From Candidatus Omnitrophota bacterium (lineage in GTDB: Bacteria > Omnitrophota > Gorgyraeia > Gygaellales > Profunditerraquicolaceae), in NCBI GenBank assembly GCA_016867175.1, contig VGKF01000001.1, forward strand, positions 1 to 29,136: a stretch of 29,136 nt of DNA, written 5' to 3'. This document shows, in pieces, positions 24,726-29,136 of this stretch. The notes beneath the pieces are model-generated. The model made no database searches, had not been told where the DNA came from, and worked only from the letters and a program-made list of their open reading frames with translations. Position 1 is the first letter of the stretch; the number at the start of each line of letters is the position of its first letter. A program made the translations under genes and the position numbers.

Positions 24726-25571
24726 ATGATCTTAGGCGTACATGTTTCCGGAACCGATAATGCCTACCAGGCGCTTGATGTGGCGCATAAGCTTGGGTGC
24801 AATACCATGCAGATCTTTGCGCGTAATCCACAGAGGTGGCGCGACAATTTTATAGGCCCTAAAGATATAGAAGAATTCAACCGCAGGCAGGAAAAGCTAA
24901 AGATCAGCCCGGTATTTATTCATATTTCCTATTTGATCAATCTAGCCTCTCCCAACCCCAGGCTATACGCCGGTTCGATAGATGCATATATAGAGGATAT
25001 CTTGGAGGCCCAGGCTATGAAAGCGGATTATATAGTCACGCATATGGGCAGCCATAAGGAGACCTCTGAAGAGGCAGGGATAGAAAGATTAATTGAAGCG
25101 CTTAACCAGATCTTAGAAAAGACCAAAAACTCTTCCGTTGGTATATTGCTCGAAAATACCTCCGGTTCCGGATCCTGGTTAGGTTATAAATTCAGCCACC
25201 ATAAAGAGATTATTAAGGGGATCAAGAATAAGGGAAGGATTGGCTTATGCCTGGATACTGCGCATGCGTATCTGGCAGGCTATAATCTGGCGGCCAAGGC
25301 AGGATTCGAGGGGTTGTTATCTGAGATAGATAAAATGGTAGGGATAGGCCTGATTAAGCTTATACACCTTAATGACGCCAAGGGAACGCTCGGTTCGCAT
25401 CAGGACCGGCATGAGCATATCGGTAAAGGCAGCATCGGTTTAGAAGGCATCAAAAGGATAGTCAATCATCCTAAATTAAGAAACCTGCCTTTTATTCTAG
25501 AAACTCCTAAAAAAACCGAGCAGGACGACGCCATGAATCTAAAAACAGTGAGAAGGTTAAGGCAGGAATAG
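24726..25571 (+). CDS. nfo: Endonuclease IV (AP endonuclease)
   Basis: LGVHVS, MQIFARNPQRW, HISYLINLAS, LLENTSG, CLDTAH, HLND, DRHEHIG and ILETP motifs. Confidence 0.96.
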   Translation: MILGVHVSGTDNAYQALDVAHKLGCNTMQIFARNPQRWRDNFIGPKDIEEFNRRQEKLKISPVFIHISYLINLASPNPRLYAGSIDAYIEDILEAQAMKADYIVTHMGSHKETSEEAGIERLIEALNQILEKTKNSSVGILLENTSGSGSWLGYKFSHHKEIIKGIKNKGRIGLCLDTAHAYLAGYNLAAKAGFEGLLSEIDKMVGIGLIKLIHLNDAKGTLGSHQDRHEHIGKGSIGLEGIKRIVNHPKLRNLPFILETPKKTEQDDAMNLKTVRRLRQE

Positions 25572-25574
25572 TTT

Positions 25575-27974
25575 ATGGGTTACCCCTTTAAAGAGATAGA
25601 GCAAAAATGGCAGATTAATTGGGAGAAAGAGAAGATTTTTTCTGCCCAGCCCTCCCAGGGGAAAAAGAAATATTATCTGCTGGAGATGTTCCCTTATCCT
25701 TCCGGGAAAATCCATATGGGCCATGTGCGTAATTATACCATCGGTGATGTAGCAGCGCGCTTCAAGATGATTATGGGTTTTAATGTGCTCCACCCCATGG
25801 GGTTTGATGCCTTTGGCCAGCCTGCCGAGAATGCCGCTATCAAGAACAAGACTAAGCCGGATATCTGGACGCATAAGTGCATCGGTTGGATGAGGCCGGA
25901 GTTAAAGAAGATGGGCTTTTCTTATGATTGGCAAAGAGAGCTCTCTACCTCTGACAGCAGCTATTATAAATGGAACCAGTGGGTATTCTTAAAAATGCTT
26001 GAGCGCGGCCTGGCCTATAAAAAGGCCTCTTCTGTAAACTGGTGCCCCAGCTGCGAGACTACCCTTGCCAATGAAGAGGTTGTCGAGGGGGGCTGTTGGA
26101 GGTGCCACAGTAAGGTAGAAGAGAAGCAGCTGGAACAGTGGTTTTTAAAGATCAGCGTCTATAAAGAGCGGCTCTTGGAAGACCTTGGCAAACTAACGGA
26201 ATGGCCAGAGAGGGTCTTGGCTATGCAGTCTAATTGGATAGGCAGGAGCCAGGGCCTCGAGATATATTTTCGCTTTAAAGGAAGCGATAGGGTCATACCG
26301 GTATTTACTACGCGGCCGGATACTATATTTGGCGCAACCTATATTGTGCTGGCCCCGGAGCATCCCCTGGTCAAGGAGATTATTAAGGGCAAGCCGCAGG
26401 AAAAAGAGGCCTTAAAATTTATTGCTAAGGCCAGCAAAGAGAGTAATGTAGTGCGCGCCTCTACAGATGTAAAAAAAGAAGGTATTTTTACCGGTAGTTT
26501 TGTAATTAACCCGGTGAATAACGAAGAAATACCTATTTGGATTGCCGACTATGTATTGATGGAATATGGCACAGGCGCGATTATGGCTGTGCCTACCCAT
26601 GATCAAAGGGACTTCCTTTTTGCCAAGGCGCATAAATTGCCGATGAGGGTGGTTATAGAAAATCCCAAATCCCAAATCCCAAATCCCAAAGAGATGAAAG
26701 AGGCCTATGAGGGCCAGGGCATACAGGTAAATTCCGCTCAGTTTGACGGACTTCCTAATGAAGAAGCGAAGATAAAAATTAGTCAATGGATGGAGAAGGA
26801 AGGGACGGCTAAAATCCAGACCCACTGGCGCCTGCGCGACTGGCTGATCTCCCGCCAGCGTTATTGGGGGACCCCCATTCCGGTTATATATTGCAAAAGA
26901 TGCGGCCTGGTGCCTGTTCCTTATGAAGAGCTGCCTGTCCAGTTACCTAAGGATGCGCCTTTCACCGGAGAGGGCGGAAGCCCTTTATGTAAAGTCAAGG
27001 AATTCCTAAATGCGCGCTGTCCTAAATGTAGTAGCCCTGCCCAGCGCGAAACAGATACCATGGCTACCTTCTTTGATTCCTCCTGGTATTTCTTGAGGTT
27101 CTGTTCTCCCGGATACGATAAAGGCCCCTTTGATAAAGAAGAGGCTGGCTACTGGATGCCGGTTGATCAGTATATCGGAGGGATTGAGCACGCGATCCTG
27201 CATTTATTATATTCGCGTTTCTTTACCAAGTTCTTCCAGGATTTAGGGTTAATAGATTTCTCAGAGCCGTTTATCCGCCTGCTCACGCAAGGGATGGTCT
27301 TAAAAGACGGGCAGGTTATGTCTAAGTCGCGCGGCAACATAGTTGACCCTGATTCTATCATCAAAAAATACGGTGCAGATACCCTGCGGCTTTTTATCCT
27401 CTTTGCCGCTCCGCCTGAAACTGAACTGGAATGGGATGAGCGCGGGATAGAAGGTGCCTCTAAGTTCTTAAACCGCGTCTGGCGCATTCAGGAGAATCTG
27501 AAGGATAGCGCGGACCATTTTCTTATCAGGGCCTTGCATAAAACCATCAAGAAGGTCAGCGAAGATTTCCAGGGGTTTAAGTTTAACACTGCCATAGCCA
27601 GTTTAATGGAGCTAACCAATGCTATCTATCAATCAGGGGCAAGCCAACAGGTTTTAGAAACCCTGGCTATAATGCTTAGCCCTATTGCCCCGCATTTTTG
27701 CGAAGAGCTCTGGCAGATCTTAGGAAATAAAGAAAGTATCTTTAAGGCAGGTTGGCCTAAATATGACCTCGCCTTTTTAAAGGAAGAGAAGATTACTATC
27801 GTGGTGCAGGTAAACGGTAAGCTGCGCGCCAAGATAGAGGTAGCTGCGGATATCTCCGAGAAAGAGCTCAAAGAAATGGTGCTAGCCGATGAAAAAATAA
27901 AGACCTGGCTGGAAAACAAACCCCCCAAGAACTTCATCCTTATCCCCCAGAAGCTGGTTAATATCGTGGTCTAA
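25575..27974 (+). CDS. leuS: Leucine--tRNA ligase
   Basis: MFPYPSGKIHMGH (HIGH), DWLISRQRYWG, YIGGIEHA and MSKSRGN (KMSKS) motifs. Confidence 0.98.
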   Translation: MGYPFKEIEQKWQINWEKEKIFSAQPSQGKKKYYLLEMFPYPSGKIHMGHVRNYTIGDVAARFKMIMGFNVLHPMGFDAFGQPAENAAIKNKTKPDIWTHKCIGWMRPELKKMGFSYDWQRELSTSDSSYYKWNQWVFLKMLERGLAYKKASSVNWCPSCETTLANEEVVEGGCWRCHSKVEEKQLEQWFLKISVYKERLLEDLGKLTEWPERVLAMQSNWIGRSQGLEIYFRFKGSDRVIPVFTTRPDTIFGATYIVLAPEHPLVKEIIKGKPQEKEALKFIAKASKESNVVRASTDVKKEGIFTGSFVINPVNNEEIPIWIADYVLMEYGTGAIMAVPTHDQRDFLFAKAHKLPMRVVIENPKSQIPNPKEMKEAYEGQGIQVNSAQFDGLPNEEAKIKISQWMEKEGTAKIQTHWRLRDWLISRQRYWGTPIPVIYCKRCGLVPVPYEELPVQLPKDAPFTGEGGSPLCKVKEFLNARCPKCSSPAQRETDTMATFFDSSWYFLRFCSPGYDKGPFDKEEAGYWMPVDQYIGGIEHAILHLLYSRFFTKFFQDLGLIDFSEPFIRLLTQGMVLKDGQVMSKSRGNIVDPDSIIKKYGADTLRLFILFAAPPETELEWDERGIEGASKFLNRVWRIQENLKDSADHFLIRALHKTIKKVSEDFQGFKFNTAIASLMELTNAIYQSGASQQVLETLAIMLSPIAPHFCEELWQILGNKESIFKAGWPKYDLAFLKEEKITIVVQVNGKLRAKIEVAADISEKELKEMVLADEKIKTWLENKPPKNFILIPQKLVNIVV
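26660..26690 (+). repeat. Heptamer tandem repeat (AAATCCC)x4 plus AAA inside leuS
   Basis: Read directly from the sequence; encodes NPKSQIPNPK. Confidence 0.95.
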
Positions 27975-28032
27975 AAAACAAGTTAGAACTCACCCTTTCT
28001 TACGTCAATTGATATGGAAAGGGGGAATTTTT

Positions 28033-28362
28033 ATGTTTTGCCTTACCCAGGAGGAGCGTGGGATTATTGTCTTTTTAGCCGGTATGGCTTTATTGGGCCT
28101 GCTGGTCGATTACTTATCTAAAAATAACCTCCCGCTTAAATCCTTGGTTACGCTTGATGAAAACTTAGGAAGGATTAACATTAATCAGGCGGATAAAGAG
28201 GCCTTGCTTGGCCTTCCCGGCATTGGCGAGAAATTAGCGCAGCGCATCCTGGATTACCGTAAGGAAAGCGGCGGCTTTAATGCCTTAGAGGACTTAAAAA
28301 ATATAAAGGGGATTACTGAATATAGATACCAGAAGTTAAAAGAGCTTATTTTTCTGCCATGA
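28033..28362 (+). CDS. comEA: ComEA family helix-hairpin-helix DNA-binding protein
   Basis: N-terminal TM; ININQADKEALLGLPGIGEKLAQRILDYRKESGGF; VKGI-like second HhH. ATG 28033 is preferred over 28009 (G-rich SD upstream). Confidence 0.9.
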   Translation: MFCLTQEERGIIVFLAGMALLGLLVDYLSKNNLPLKSLVTLDENLGRININQADKEALLGLPGIGEKLAQRILDYRKESGGFNALEDLKNIKGITEYRYQKLKELIFLP

Positions 28363-29136
28363 ATCTGCTGCCCCCCTTGGCTATCCTCTTTGCTTTAGGC
28401 ATATTCCTTGCCGATAAAATAAGAATTAATCCTATTCTGCCTGGGATTGTCGCAGTTATTTTCTTAACCTTAGCCTTGATCCTAGCCTTAGTTAAAAGAA
28501 AAATACTATTTGAGATTTTTTTATGCTGCCTGGTTTTCTCGATAGGAGCCTTCTCTTTAAAGAACTACCACCATCTGCCTAAATGCCATATAGCAAGGTA
28601 TACCTATTATAAGAGCAGCCAGCCCTATCTCATAAGGGGCTATGTGGATAGCCCCGCGGAGATAAAAGAAGGGAGGAGTTCTTTTATATTCCAGGCTCAG
28701 CAAATACAGCTGGGTGAGGCAAGTTATAATTGCTGCGGGAAAATTTTAACCTATCTAAAGGGCAAAAGGGAATTTTGTTATGGCCAGGGGTTGGTCTTAA
28801 GGGGCAGGCTATCAAAGCCTTTTGCTTTCGGAGGGGGGAGTTTTCGTAGTTACCTCTATAGGCAGGGGGTCTATGCCATATTACATGCGGACTCAGTAAG
28901 CCCTGGTATCGGACTTAAGAAAAATTACGTCTTAGCAGCTAAAATATTTGCCTTCTGGTTAAAGGATGGGATAGAGTCAGTAATCTTTAAATACCTCTCG
29001 CCTCTGCCGGGCAGTATTCTCGATGCCATGATATTAGGGGAGAAGAGGCATATTCCTCCATTGGTATATAGCTCTATGATTAAATCCGGGACCGTGCATA
29101 TCCTGGTGGTGAGCGGTTTCAATGTGGGGATAGTCG
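28359..29136 (+). CDS. comEC: ComEC/Rec2 competence protein, N-terminal part (runs off the window end)
   Basis: Manual translation gives an open frame from ATG 28359 (ATGA overlap with comEA): TM N-terminus, OB-fold-like region, AMILGEKR and GTVHILVVSGFNVG. It is missing from the ORF track because no stop falls inside the window. Confidence 0.9.
   Translation, partial: MNLLPPLAILFALGIFLADKIRINPILPGIVAVIFLTLALILALVKRKILFEIFLCCLVFSIGAFSLKNYHHLPKCHIARYTYYKSSQPYLIRGYVDSPAEIKEGRSSFIFQAQQIQLGEASYNCCGKILTYLKGKREFCYGQGLVLRGRLSKPFAFGGGSFRSYLYRQGVYAILHADSVSPGIGLKKNYVLAAKIFAFWLKDGIESVIFKYLSPLPGSILDAMILGEKRHIPPLVYSSMIKSGTVHILVVSGFNVGIV

Noticed and set aside
28636-28655. 8-bp hairpin GGGGCTAT-gtgg-ATAGCCCC in comEC
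   Set aside because: Single, inside coding sequence and without a U-tract; could be chance.
1273-29122. Numerous short minus-strand and alternate-frame ORFs in the track (e.g. 13904-14329, 14289-14618, 18962-19480, 26412-26825)
   Set aside because: They lie within or opposite well-supported genes and have no recognisable motifs or SD; they are shadow ORFs.
1-29136. CRISPR arrays, rRNA, transposases, prophage genes, known riboswitches, Sec/Pyl read-through
   Set aside because: No spaced repeats or diagnostic motifs were recognised by eye; an Rfam/HMM scan would be needed to exclude weak hits.

Overview
A gene-dense bacterial chromosomal window coded almost entirely on the + strand. The outer-membrane genes point to a diderm organism; the gene style suggests Candidatus Omnitrophota or a similar uncultured lineage (inference only). 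In order: a menA-like prenyltransferase, type II NADH dehydrogenase-like flavoprotein and DoxX module; greA; PilZ, beta-barrel and envelope genes; accA; PadR and MarR regulators; a TolC/adaptor/RND efflux operon with PII-like and AsmA-like accessories; an acyl-CoA ligase, MMPL, LolA-like and DUF1302-like lipid-handling operon; rlmN (frameshifted); an SGNH esterase; divergent tRNA-Leu(CAA) and tRNA-Ala(GGC); nfo, leuS, comEA and a partial comEC. The most unusual element is the only credible minus-strand CDS, an HTH plus LAGLIDADG-like protein whose stop codon lies inside tRNA-Ala. It appears to be inserted between that tRNA and its terminator. Other notable items are a hairpin-less RND adaptor, twin bulged hairpins with the same geometry but different sequence, mirror-image overlapping tRNA promoters, two palindromic operators, two single-base frameshifts in 7-nt homopolymers (one on an in-phase A_AAA_AAG motif, but either may be a sequencing error) and a heptamer repeat expansion inside leuS. 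No CRISPR array, integrase or transposase was seen. All family assignments come from motif recognition, not database searches.
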